A stretch of DNA of 64,000 nt from Eledone cirrhosa (Eukaryota), in contig OZ024746.1 in NCBI GenBank assembly GCA_964016885.1, positions 46,314,001 through 46,378,000 of the forward strand. Direction: 5' to 3'. Below are positions 1 to 11,840 of the stretch, in pieces. Each line of letters opens with the position of its first letter. Position 1 is the first letter of the stretch. The translations under genes and the position numbers were made by a program. The notes beneath the pieces were generated by a model, which worked only from the letters and a program-made list of their open reading frames with translations, did no database searches and was not told the DNA's origin.

Positions 1-117
1 GGCATCCAGCCGTAGAAAACCTGCCAGACAGTCCTATGTGAGCAAGACAACCACTCTTGCCTCAAGTGGGAAAACTCCCGTCCAAACCCATGCAAGCGTG
101 GAATATGGACGTTAAAC

Positions 118-152
<35 letters not shown>
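1..152 (+). mobile_element. 3' end of RTE LINE (3'UTR plus (GAT)n tail), cut by window edge
   Basis: Matches the 3' end of the RTE at 40657-40797 (ggcatccagc..gtagaaaac..ccaaacccatgcaagcgtgga..(gat)n). Confidence 0.85.
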
Positions 153-153
<1 letters not shown>

Positions 154-301
154 ATGTATATATATATATATATATATGCATATATATATACATATATATA
201 TACATGTATATATACATGCATATATATATACATATATATGTACATATATATGCATAGTAGGAGGTTTGCCAATATATACATATATATGTACATATATATA
301 C

Positions 302-2236
302 GTAGTAGGGGGTTTGCCAATGTTCTGCGACGGGAAGATCAGAGGCGTGCGGTGTTCCACATTGCAAATCAGTGTGTCAATGCAAATCAGGATGTTGTTG
401 GATAGAAATGTGTCCGTGATGATGCCGGTGTACTTAGTGTCACGAATGATCAGGAAAAGGTGGCCAGGAAATGTCATTATGTGAATGTGGAGAACGAATG
501 GGAGAGAGAGAAATTACCCTTAGTAGATCCGACAGAGAGACCAGCTATTGAGATTGATGAATATAGAGTCCAAGAGGCGATTAGGGAAATGAAAAATGAT
601 AAGGCTGCTGGACCATCAGGAATAGTTGCTGAGATGCTGAAGGCATCAGGGGATGTAGGCTCTAAACTCGTTGCACGCATCATCAATCAGGCTATATATG
701 GTGGTGTCATACCCAAGGACTGGTGCAGCAGTATTCTCATAATTTGCTACAAAGGTAAATGGGCTGCTCTGGAGAGGAGCAATTATAGGAGTATAAAACT
801 GATAGATCAGGTTATGAAAGTGGCAGAAAGGATATTAACACAACTAATTAGAGAAAGTGTCAAACTAGATGAGATGCAGTTTGGTTTTGTGCCTGGGAAG
901 AGTACAACAGATGCCCTCTTCTTGGTGAGACAATTGCAAGAGAGGTTCTTAGAGAAAAATAAGCCACTATACTTAGCCTTTGTTGACCTAGAGAAGGCCT
1001 TTGATAGGGTACCCCGATCTGTCATCTGGTGGTCCATAAGGAAGCTAGGTGTTGAGGAATGGTTTGTGAGGACAGTGCAAACTTTGTACAGAGGTACTCT
1101 CAGTAAAGTCAGGGTAGGAATGGAGTTTAGTGAGGAATTCCAGATACAAGTAGGAGTACATCAAGGTTCGGTCTTCAGCCCGCTCTTGTTCATTATAGTC
1201 CTCCAAGCCATAACAGAGGAGTTTAAGACTGGCTGTCCATGGGAACTTCTCTATGCTGACAATCTGGTTCTTATAGCAGAATCAGTAGAGGAGCTAGAGA
1301 ATAAATTCTGGCTATGGAAACAGCAGTTGGAAGCAAGAGGACTGAGAGTGAACCTAGCTAAGACAAAAGTGTTGATGAGTAGAAAAGAGGACAAAACTCT
1401 GATTCCGTCAGGGAAATGGCTATGTTCGATATGCAGAAAAGGAACTGGCATAAATTCTATAAAATGCACACAATGCAGATACTGAGAGATGTAGCGGGAT
1501 AGTAGGCAAACTAACAGGTAGGGAGAAATATGTATGCAGTAGATGTACAGGGAAATTAGACAGTAGAAATCGCATTGATAGACACATTTTTCAAATGCAG
1601 GCGGGTGTTATAGAAGTGGTGGATAGCTTCCGGTACCTAGGAGATCAGATTAGCATGGGAGGGTGGTGTTCCGAGGCCATAGTATCTAGAATAAGGACGG
1701 GTTGGAAGAAGTTTAGGGAGCTGCTTCCTCTGCTGATGAAGAAGGGTTTCTCCCTGCGTAAGAAAGGCCGGTTATATGATGCCTGTGTGAGGAGCGCGAT
1801 GTTGCATGGTAGTGAGACATGGGCAGCAACTGTTGATGATATGCGACGGCTGGTGAGAAATGAGGCAAGCATGCTCCGTTGGATATGCAGTGTCAATGTA
1901 CGTGAACGACCCAGCATGAATGGGCTGAGAGAGAAACTGTCTGAGAGGGATAGAATGTAGTGTACGGGAGAGGAGACTAAGTTGGTATGGACATGTGATG
2001 CACATGGAGGATGACCGATGGGTGAAGAAGTGCCAGGAAATGCCAGTTGAAGGAAGACGTGGTAGAGGTAGACCACGAAAAGCATGGGCAGAGGTGGTGA
2101 GAACAGACCTCAGATCATTGAAGCACACGGTGGAGATGACAAAGGACCATGACAAGTGGAGAGATGCTGTGCTGAATAAGAACCGTCCCACTCTTGCAAG
2201 CCGGGAAGAGCGGACGCAAAATGATGATGATGATGA
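302..2236 (+). mobile_element. 5'-truncated, disrupted RTE-clade LINE (RT, PHD-like finger, C-terminus, GAT tail)
   Basis: ORF pieces 460-1485, 1595-1960 and 1995-2324 carry RT motifs KAAGPSG, QFGF, AFVDLEKAFD, GVHQGS..SP, LYADN, FRYLG and HGSETW, and end GRPRKAW. Stops and frameshifts are present, and both flanks are TA repeats. Confidence 0.93.
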
Positions 2237-2339
2237 TATATATACATATATATATGCATATATATATATATATATATTCATATATACATATATATATGCA
2301 TATACATATAGGTCAAGTATGTAAACAATCATTCAAAAA

Positions 2340-2388
2340 TTGCTCCGAAGACTCCAAACCTTGGTTTGGAAGAAACAATTGTAAGCGA
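2340..2388 (+). ncRNA. Type I hammerhead ribozyme motif in a PLE end (core CCGAAGA, probably mutated)
   Basis: ttgct-CCGAAGA-ctccaaac/gtttggaa-GAAAC-aatt-GTA-agcga. Stem I is ttgct/agcga and stem III is the palindrome acaattgt. The same 3' half recurs at 52545-52570. Confidence 0.65.
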
Positions 2389-2467
2389 ATAAATGGTTTA
2401 AACAGAACTTTGATTCATGTAATTTCTATATATACATATATATACATTTATTAAAATAACAGATTAA

Positions 2468-2518
2468 AGTTTAAGCGAAGAATCGCTGCTTTCACCCTTA
2501 ACGGGATCTTCTGAAACT
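2468..2518 (-). ncRNA. Type I hammerhead-like motif, CAGAAGA core variant
   Basis: Minus strand reads agttt-CAGAAGA-t-ccc gttaa ggg-t-GAAA-gc..gCTT-aaact, with perfect stem I agttt/aaact. A second copy is at 51725-51775. Confidence 0.55.
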
Positions 2519-2903
2519 AAAAAATCAATCTGTGAACACAGAAGTAAATATTTCAGAAAACGTTGCAACCGAAGAAAGACAGGAACACGATACTTTGGTT
2601 CGTGGAGACGTTCTCTGGCAATGAACAGAAGATACGTGTGTGTGTTTGTGTTTATATATGTGTGTGTCTGTGTTTGTGTATATATATGTGTGTGTATGTG
2701 AGTGTGTGTATGTGTTTGTACGTGTGTATTATTGTCTACGCTATATGCTCTACGGTTCTTATATATTTGATATATATTTATCCTTATCGAGCCCTCTTTG
2801 GATTTTAGACTTCAAATTTATTATTATTACATATATATATATGCATTTACATATATATATATGCATATACATATATATATGCATATATATACATATATAC
2901 ATA

Positions 2904-2941
<38 letters not shown>

Positions 2942-3033
2942 TATATACATATATATATATGCATATATATATAGCGGCGATGAATTAGTTTTGCGAGGTT
3001 TTTTATATGAAATCGTGTGTCGAAACAGATATT

Positions 3034-3438
3034 GTTATATTTGGGGAGGGTCATATTTGCGTAATATTGCCAGAATTAATAACAGAACACACTCACTGTT
3101 TGGTTGGTTTTCGCTTCTCGCTGTCTTTTATATATATATATCTGCGATCTAACTTACTCGGTCCTCAATGTTGCCATTGACTGACCGGCGGTCAAAAATA
3201 ATACAGATGTAAACTGTAAATAATATTATGTAAACTATATATATATGTGTTTGTCTATATTGTATCTGTATTATTTTTGACCGCCGGTCAGTCAATGGCA
3301 GCATTGAGGACCGAGTAAGTTAGATCGCAGATATATATATATAAAAGACAGCGAGAAGCGAAAACCAACCAAACAGTGAGTGTGTTCTGTTATTAATTCT
3401 GGCAATATTACGCAAATATGACCCTCCACAAATATAAC
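3034..3438. repeat. Near-perfect inverted repeat (about 175-bp arms), probably a fold-back PLE end
   Basis: 3034-3208 is the reverse complement of 3264-3438. The terminal motif atgaccctcc..aa is shared with PLE ends at about 5870-5917 and 6490-6520. Confidence 0.85.
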
Positions 3439-3439
3439 C

Positions 3440-3472
<33 letters not shown>

Positions 3473-3582
3473 TACATATATATATGCATATATATACATA
3501 TGCATATATATTCATATATATATGCATATATATTCATATATATATACATATATATATATATATTTATATATATATACATATA

Positions 3583-3615
<33 letters not shown>

Positions 3616-4120
3616 GAACGGAAAAAATGAAACGAAATTTCATTTCCCACTCTTAGTACGGCTGTTACTTAAATATAAGTATGTATACGTACATACATAT
3701 ATGTATACAGGCGTACAGAAGTATGCATATATATATACATACATGCACACATATATATATATATGTACGTATGGATTCACCAAACATTTATTATAATGCT
3801 CGGTGTGTTTGTAAACAAACATCCCGTATAAAGCCGTACAGTGTCTAGCAACCATCGTTGCTCATTTCTTCAACACTGACAAAGGAACGCTGTACTAGTT
3901 TCAAGCTTATTAGCTATCGTCAGCAACGTATACCTTCCTGTCAGATGATTGAACGTCTGAAAGTATATACTTTCCTTATGCATATTAACGGCTGAGCAGC
4001 CTAATTTGCATATCGAGTGATTTAATCGCCCGGGATACCGAAAACGATAAATGGAAAAATTGAAACGAAATTTCATTTCTCACTCTTTGTGCGGCTGTTA
4101 CTTATATATAAGTATGTATA
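3616..4120 (-). mobile_element. Non-coding HHR retrozyme-like element, copy 1 (about 433-bp unit with terminal redundancy)
   Basis: gaaacgaaatttcattt repeats at 3629 and 4062. The element is homologous to 7081-7460 and 28938-29840, carries the HHR at 3887-3929, and has TA flanks. Confidence 0.8.
3887..3929 (-). ncRNA. Type I minimal hammerhead ribozyme
   Basis: Minus strand reads acgttg-CTGACGA-t-agct aata agct-t-GAAAC-ta-GTA-cagcgt, with a 6-bp stem I and palindromic stem III (actagt). Confidence 0.8.
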
Positions 4121-4154
4121 TATATGCCGTTAATATGCATATATATATATACAT

Positions 4155-4230
<76 letters not shown>

Positions 4231-4290
4231 GTACGTGTCTGTATGTGTGTATATATTTGTATATTTGTGTGTGTATATGTATGTATATGT

Positions 4291-4834
4291 GGATAAACCA
4301 GGCTTTTTTTTCATTCTGAAGATTGAAGGAAACTTTTTTTGCTTTTAAGAAACCTCTGTTGAATGGATTAATTGCCTTGTATGGCTTTATTACTTTACTA
4401 CTATATATACGTTTATGTAAGGTTCATTTGTCTTATCTAATACTGAGCTTTACACATACACACATGTATATGTGTGTGTGTGCATGTGTATGCATGTGTG
4501 TATGTGTGTATATATGTATATTTTTATATATATATGTGTATATATATATATATGTATATATGTATATATGTATATGTATGTGTATGTATGTATATGTGTG
4601 CGTGTGTATTTATTTATTTTTATGTATGTGTGGGTTTGTGTGTGGGTGTGTGTGTGTGTGTGTATATGTGTGTGTGTTTGTATTTGGTTGTGCGTTCTTT
4701 TGATATATACGTATTTGCATGTGTATAATTGTTTAGCTATGTATGTATATGTGTGTTTACGTATTTATATGTGTGTGTGCGTTTATATTTTTAAATTTTT
4801 TGTATGTATATATATATATATATATATATGTGTG

Positions 4835-4881
<47 letters not shown>

Positions 4882-5359
4882 ATATAATTACATATACATG
4901 CGTGTGTTTATATTGTATACGTGTACGTGTTTGTGTATGTATGTGTATGTACGTGTTTATGTATTTGTATATGTATATTTATGTGTGAGAGTGTGTGTAT
5001 GTGTTTACTATTTCGAACGTATGTATATGTGCTTATGTGTGTATTACTTACCACGCGTGTCTGTCCTGTTAGCTGGGGCATGTATCGCTGTCTTTTGTTA
5101 ATATATATTTATATATATATTTCTTATATTTATTTGCGTGTGTTAATATGTAGTGGAGTGCATTCATGTATGTGTATGTATGTACGTTGTATGTTTGTGT
5201 GAATGTATGTATATGTGTGTGTATATATATGTGTGTGTGTATGTGTATGCTTGTACACACACATGTGTGTGTGTGTGTGTGTGCATATATATGTATATTT
5301 ATATATATATATATATATATATGGATATGTACATGTGTGTATATATATGTGTGTGTGTA

Positions 5360-5400
<41 letters not shown>

Positions 5401-5850
5401 ATGTATGAATATATGTATGTGTATATGTGTGTATATATGTGTATGTGTGTGTAGGTGTACGCTCTTTATATATATATATATATGTGTATATGTATATGTG
5501 TATGCGTGCATTTATATATATGTGTATACATGTATGTGTGTGTAAGTATGCTTTTGTGTTTTTTTGTGTGTGTTTGCATGTGTAGTTTTATTTTATTTTT
5601 CCTTTCCTTCTCCCTTTTCCAGCCTCACTTTCATATAGATTGCATTTTTGTTTTTAGAATCCATATTCAATAAACAAACCAGGATTTTTCATTCTGAGGA
5701 TTGAAAGCAAAACCTTTTGCTTTTAAGAAACCACTGGTAAATGGAATAATTGCCTTATGTTGTTTATTACATAATAATAATAATTAAGCTCTGTTGCATA
5801 CATAGAGCACTCTTTTTTCCTGGACTTTTCCGATGGAATTACTTCACATA
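4291..5850 (+). mobile_element. PLE/retrozyme-like element: two direct HHR-bearing repeats about 1378 bp apart around a GT/AT microsatellite body
   Basis: aaaccagg..cattctga(a/g)gattgaa..gcttttaagaaacc..aatgga..aattgcctt occurs at about 4295-4380 and 5676-5757. Confidence 0.6.
5687..5746 (+). ncRNA. Type I hammerhead ribozyme (intact core)
   Basis: tttcatt-CTGAGGA-ttgaaagcaaa/tttgcttttaa (11-bp stem II)-GAAAC-cactg-GTA-aatggaa. A degenerate sister copy is at about 4309-4366. Confidence 0.8.
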
Positions 5851-5957
5851 TATATATATATATACATATATTGTTATACTTGGGGAGGCTCATATCTGTG
5901 TAATATTACCAGACTTAATATATATATACATATATATATACATATATATATATATAC

Positions 5958-6078
<121 letters not shown>

Positions 6079-6082
6079 TATG

Positions 6083-6126
<44 letters not shown>

Positions 6127-6132
6127 TATATG

Positions 6133-6182
<50 letters not shown>

Positions 6183-6188
6183 CACATA

Positions 6189-6412
6189 TGAAGGCGTGTG
6201 GCTGAGTGGTTAGAGAATTGGATTCACAATCTTGAGATTGTGAGTTCGATTCCTAGACCGGGCAATGCATTATGTCCTTGAGCAAGACACTTTATTTCAC
6301 GTTGCTCCTTCTACCTGGAGTTGCGACCGATAGATAGTATTAGCAACTGGAAAGACCGACGAAAACATTGTTTCCGCGGTCCGATTTGACGAAAGTCGAT
6401 CAATAAAAAAAA
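6189..6412 (+). mobile_element. tRNA-derived SINE (family 2)
   Basis: A-box tggctgagtgg, B-box gttcgattc and the central block gtccttgagcaagacactttatttcac. Related copies are at 41455-41793 and 63390-63659. Confidence 0.8.
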
Positions 6413-6445
6413 ATATATATATATACATATATATATATACACACA

Positions 6446-6479
<34 letters not shown>

Positions 6480-6489
6480 CATATATATA

Positions 6490-7080
6490 TATTGTTATGC
6501 TTTGGGAGGGTCATGTTGCCAATAAGAAACACACGCACCAGTTGTTTCACTTCAATTTATTATAAATTAAATTTATAAATTTAGGAATTTATAAATTTCC
6601 GGTTGATTGGTTGGTTCTACAACCAGACGATTGTTCATATATTGTCAAAGTTCTTTCGTCACACATTCTGTGACCTCTTCAGTAATGTTATCTAGATACA
6701 TATGGCTTTAGCAACCTGCGCCCTACAAGATCAGCAAGAGGCAGACCACCTACCATTACCTCAATGCCCAAGAAAACCCAGATAGATGGATCGGCTAGAC
6801 CAGAGCCATACGGACCCCCGAAAACCACGATGAACTAAAGAAAATGATTGCACATGCAGTGGGGGCCCATATAAAATTAACCCTTAAGGAACATATGTTC
6901 AAATTTAATGGAAAACCCCAAGAGGAAGGAGCACCCATTGGTGTTAGCATTGCAGGTGACATAGCTAACCTATTCATGGTATGGTGGGACAATAGACTTA
7001 AACTTAAACTTAAAGAACAATTAGAAGACATCAACCTCTTAACCCTGATAATGTACTCACGCTACGTTGATGATATAAAC
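6490..7080. mobile_element. Penelope-like element fragment: inverted pseudo-LTR (minus, 6490-6695) plus RT fragment (plus, about 6700-7080)
   Basis: ORF 6844 onward has PLE RT motifs F.FNG..Q..GAPIG..IA..IANLFM and YSRYVDD. The minus-strand end carries an HHR core and an AATAAA. Confidence 0.85.
6644..6686 (-). ncRNA. Hammerhead core in PLE pseudo-LTR (stems I and III weak)
   Basis: Minus strand reads CTGAAGA-g-gtcaca gaatg tgtgac-GAAA, with a perfect 6-bp stem II. Confidence 0.55.
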
Positions 7081-7460
7081 AACGTTCAACTATCTGGCAG
7101 ATGGGTAAACGGTGCTGATGATAGCTAACAAGCTTGAAACTAGTACATCGTTCCTGTGTCAGTGTTGAACAAAAAGGTTACGTGGTTGCCTTAACACCGT
7201 ATGGCATAAATTCAGGCTGTTCGATTTGTTGACAAACAAACGAAAAAAGCAGGCGTTATAATAAACGTCGGCTAAACTGATGCGTGCATATATGTATGTG
7301 TACCTGTATGCATATGTGTATATATATGTATATATATATATATATATATGCATGCTACTGTACGTCTGTATACATATATGTATGTACGTATACATACATA
7401 CTTACATTTAAGTAAGTGCCATACTAAGAGTGAGAAATGAAATTTCGTTTTCATTTTTTT
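7081..7460 (+). mobile_element. HHR retrozyme-like element, copy 2 (5'-truncated, fused to Penelope RT)
   Basis: From aacgttcaac onward it is colinear with the unit starting at 29537. Confidence 0.8.
7109..7151 (+). ncRNA. Type I minimal hammerhead ribozyme
   Basis: acggtg-CTGATGA-t-agct aaca agct-t-GAAAC-ta-GTA-catcgt. Confidence 0.82.
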
Positions 7461-7507
7461 TCAACTTACATATATATACATATACATATATAAACATATA
7501 TATATAC

Positions 7508-8812
7508 ATCTTTTGGAAGAAGGTTTCTTCTGCGTCCTCATACTTGAACAGCTCTCTATCTAAAATCTGTAATCTCTGCCTAAATGAAAAAATTACCATT
7601 TTCTCTAATCTAGATTCTATAATAAATAGACGTACAGATTTGTTTTCTATCTGCTTGCATAAATTCCATAGGACTTTTCACAAAGTATACAGCTAATATT
7701 CAATTCTTTATCAATTTAGAATCTTTTCTCAAAGGCACATATACATACACCTCTTTATAATATACCCATCTTCCTACCTTACTTCAAAGGGCATTATACG
7801 CTCTATAATACTTGTTTACTCATTACCCTCATTCTATCTTCACCTTGTAAAATCCTTCATAACATATACATTTGTTTTTTTGACGTTAGAATATTCATCC
7901 GCAATTATTATTATTTTTTCTCTCCATCATCAAACTTTTTAATCTCAATACATTAACTCCCTCTCCTTCTTTTGACGCTAGAATATTCATCCTTAATTTA
8001 TTATTTTTCTCTCCCCATCAAATAACTCATTCTTAATACATATTAACTCCTTCTTCGCACATATTATCAATTCCTTCAATATACAAACCTTAACTTCACA
8101 TTATTTTTCTCAAATCATCTAATACACAAACCTTAATAATTTTTTAATACATATTAACTCATTCTTCGCACATATTATCAATTCCTTCAATATACAAACC
8201 TTAACTTCACATTATTTTTCTCAAATCCTTCAACACACAAACCTTAATAATTTTTTTCTCTTCGTTAATTTTGAAATTGCCATAATACTTATAAACATAC
8301 ACCTTTTTGACGTTAGAATATTCATCCGCAATTATTATTTTTTCTCTCTATCTTCAAACCTTTTAATCTCAATACATATCAACTCCCTCTCTTTCCTCGT
8401 ACATATTTTTCCCTTCGTTAATTTTCAAATTCTTTTAATTTATACATTATCTTCCAACGGTTTTCAACCTCTCTATGTAAAACAATATATCTTCTCTCAG
8501 TTATAAAAACTATCTCTTTCTCTCTACCACCCATCTCTCCCTCTCCACCTTCACTCTTATCTCCTCCCCTTTTTTTCATTCTTTCCACCCCCCCCCTCTC
8601 TAAATAAAATATTTTTCCCAATATCACACATCAATCTAAAACTACTTTTCATAAGTTGATTTAAAACTGCACTTTCCACAAGTGTTTTTTAGCCTTCATA
8701 TCATGTCCTCCTGTTTTATCTGATGAAAACACGAATATTATTGCATGATGATGTTTGTTTTTGAAATGCGCATAATAAAATACATGGAACTCCTTTAACC
8801 ATCTTTTGATCT
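7508..8812 (+). mobile_element. 5'-truncated Penelope-like element (GIY-YIG C-terminus, pyrimidine-rich repetitive 3'UTR, HHR)
   Basis: Translation W..VSSASSY....KICNLCLNEK..I......NRRTD....CLH (7513-7696) fits a PLE endonuclease tail (Naiad-like, inferred). It has internal repeats ttttgacgttagaatattcatc and a duplication of about 111 bp at 8035-8250, and TA flanks. Confidence 0.75.
8714..8780 (+). ncRNA. Type I hammerhead ribozyme (intact core)
   Basis: ttttat-CTGATGA-aaaca..tgttt-t-GAAA-tgcgc-ATA-ataaaa. Stem I is ttttat/ataaaa and stem III is the palindrome atgcgcat. Confidence 0.75.
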
Positions 8813-9007
8813 CATATATTATATATATACATATATATATACATATATATACATATACATATATATACATATATATACATATACATATATAAAACATATA
8901 TATACATATATATACATATATATACATATATATACATATATACATATATATACATATATTTACATATATATATACATATATATATACATATATATACATA
9001 TATATAC

Positions 9008-9056
<49 letters not shown>

Positions 9057-9133
9057 CATATATATATACATATACATATATATATATATACATATATATA
9101 TACATATATATATACATATATATATATACATTT

Positions 9134-9871
9134 TGCATGCTCCGCTGGATGTGTAATAGTAATATACGCGAACAGCAAAGCATAAACGAACTAAGGGAAA
9201 AATTAGAAATAAGAGGGATCAGATGTTGTTTACTCGAGAGAAGGTTACGTTGGTATGGTCACGTGATGCGCATGAAAGACGACAGCTGTATAAAAAAGTG
9301 CAGGGCAATAAAGATAGACGGTAGCCACGGAGTAGGCAGACCCAGAAAAACCTGGGACGACCTGATAAATTCCGACCTCACACACTTACACCTCTCCAAG
9401 ACAATGTCACTGGACCGAGATCTTTGGCGGCACTCAGTAAAAGCTACTACAGTCAGTAGGCATCTCTAACAAAATACACCCCCGTCCCACCACCCCCACC
9501 CCATCCACACCACCCCTTTCAATGTAAAGTTATGTTGGTGCCACAACATCCAGACCGAAACAAATGAGATCGTGTAGGTGTCACGACAAAAAAAACACAC
9601 AGTCCACGCTGTAATGTGGCCGTGTAGGCAACACGGTAAAAACCTCCCAGTCCCACACTGTAAATGTGGTTGGTATGGTCACGTGATGCGCATGAAAGAC
9701 GACAGCTGTATAAAAAAGTGCAGGGCAATAAAGATAGAGGGCATCCAGCTGTAGAAAACCTGCCAGATAGTCCTATGCGAGCAAGATAATCACTCTTGCC
9801 TCAAGTGGGAAAACTCCCGTCCAAACCCATGCAAGCGTGGAACATGGACGTTAAACGATGATGATGATGAT
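9134..9871 (+). mobile_element. RTE LINE 3' fragment with internal rearrangement
   Basis: [25 protein letters not shown], near-identical to 39960-40260. About 9670-9738 re-copies 9250-9318. Ends in a GAT tail. Confidence 0.9.
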
Positions 9872-9906
9872 ATATATATACATAAATATACGTATATATA
9901 TATACA

Positions 9907-10055
9907 TAGGAAAAAGTATGACCCCAATAGCCGTTGAAACGGCTTGAGCTCTGCTGTCGGGTCATACTTTTTTCTATTTCCCAATCTAGTACCCTAAGTA
10001 TTGAGTACTCTGGTGCATTATGGTCCATCTGGTTCCTTACCACAATTCCTTTGTT
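9907..10055 (+). mobile_element. Fold-back PLE end carrying the 3' half of a hammerhead plus a conserved tail
   Basis: Short inverted arm taggaaaaagtatgaccc, then GAAAC-ggc ttgagctct gct-GTC. The tail ctaagtattga.tactctggtgc.ttatggt is shared with the copies at 35050-35325 and 41811-42010. Confidence 0.65.
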
Positions 10056-10073
10056 ATATATATATATATATAT

Positions 10074-10967
10074 ATGAAAAATGGTAAGGCTGCCGGACCA
10101 TCGGGAATAGTTGCTGAGATGCTGAAGGCATCAGGGGACGTAGGCACTAAACTGGTTGCACGCATCATCAATCAGGCGATATATGGTGGTGTCATACCCA
10201 AAGACTGGTGGAGCAGTATTCTCATAAATTGCTACAAAGGTAAAGGGGATGTTCTGGAGAGGAGCAATTATAGGGGTATAAAACTGATAGATCAGGTTAT
10301 GAAAGTGGCAGAAAGGATTTTAGCACAACTAATTAGAGAAAGGGTCAAACTAGATGAGATGCAGTTTGGCTTTGTGCCTGGGAAGAGTACAACAGATGCC
10401 CTCTTCTTGGTGAGACAATTGCAAGAGAGGTTCTTAGAGAAAAATAAGCCACTATAGTTAGCCTTTGTTGACCTAGAGAAGATGTAGTGGGATCATAGGT
10501 AAGCTAACTAAGAACATAGATTTTACATGTGGCCGGTGCTCTGGTGCAATAAGTAGCAGCAAGTGCCCAGAGAATACTAGCTCTTTAAATTGCGCAGAGG
10601 GTTCTATAGAAATAGTGGACAGCTTCCGTTACCTGGGTGACAAAATCAGCAGTGGGGGAGGGTGCTCTGAAAGTACAGTAGCTAGAGTCAGAACTGGATG
10701 GAAAAAGTTCAGAGAGCTTATACCACTATTAGCCGCTAAAGGGTTCTCCCTAAAAATGAAAGGCAGGCTGTATGATGCCTGCATATGTTGCATGGCAGTG
10801 AGACCCGGGCATTGTGTGCAGAGGATATACGCAGACTAGAGAGGAACGAAGCTTGCATGCTTCCGTTGCGTCAAGACAACCACTCTTGCCTCAAGTGAAA
10901 AAATTCCCGTCCAAACCCATGCAAGCGTGGAACATGGACGTTAAACGATGATGATGATGATGATGAT
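10074..10967 (+). mobile_element. Chimeric RTE LINE fragment
   Basis: 10074-10480 matches 589-995. 10480-10860 matches 39558-39966. The sequence then jumps to the 3' tail with (GAT)n. Confidence 0.88.
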
Positions 10968-10996
10968 ACATATATACATATATATACATATATATT

Positions 10997-11047
<51 letters not shown>

Positions 11048-11048
11048 G

Positions 11049-11088
<40 letters not shown>

Positions 11089-11115
11089 CCCATATATATA
11101 TATATATATATATAT

Positions 11116-11466
11116 ACACCCCCGTCCCACCACCCCCACCCCATCCACACTGCCCCTTTCAATGTAAAGTTATGTTGGTGCCACAACATCCAGGCTGAAA
11201 CAAATGAGATCGTGTAGGTGTCACGTCAAAAAAACACACAGTTCACGCTGTAATGTGGCCGTGTAGGCAACACGGTAAAAACCTCCCAGCCCTACACTGT
11301 AAATGTGGTTGGTGTTAGGAAGGGCATCCAGCTGTAGAAAACCTGCCAGATAGTCCTATGCGAGCAAGATAATCACTCTTGCCTCAAGTGGGAAAACCCC
11401 CGTCCAAACCCATGCAAGCGTGGAACACGGACGTTAAACGATGATGATGATGATGATGATGATGAT
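11116..11466 (+). mobile_element. RTE 3'UTR-only insertion
   Basis: Matches 40335-40797 with a single copy of the UTR repeat. GAT tail and TA flanks are present. Confidence 0.88.
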
Positions 11467-11615
11467 ATATATATATATACATATATATACATATATATGA
11501 ATATATATACATATATATACACATATATATACATATACACATATATATACATATATATATATATACATATATATATACATATATATATACACATATATAT
11601 ACAATATATATACAC

Positions 11616-11654
<39 letters not shown>

Positions 11655-11702
11655 TATATACATATATATATATACATATATATATATATGTTAATATAGA
11701 AA

Positions 11703-11753
11703 AGCTTCTACATGACTAGAACTGTTTCAATCGTGAGAAATCATCAGGAAGCT
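11703..11753 (-). ncRNA. Type I hammerhead motif in a short PLE end
   Basis: Minus strand reads agcttc-CTGATGA-tttctcacgatt-GAAAC-a..t-GTA-gaagct. Stem I is a perfect 6 bp and stem II is weak. Confidence 0.65.
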
Positions 11754-11782
11754 GTGGTTACCGCCGATTGAACATGGAATAT

Positions 11783-11824
<42 letters not shown>

Positions 11825-11840
11825 TATACATATATATATA

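Noticed and set aside
6189-6262. Possible tRNA gene
   Set aside because: No acceptor stem or terminator, and it continues into a SINE body found at several loci.
7513-7800. Selenoprotein-type PLE (UGA plus SECIS)
   Set aside because: Visible cysteines are TGT/TGC, and no AUGA..AA..GA hairpin is evident after the stop.
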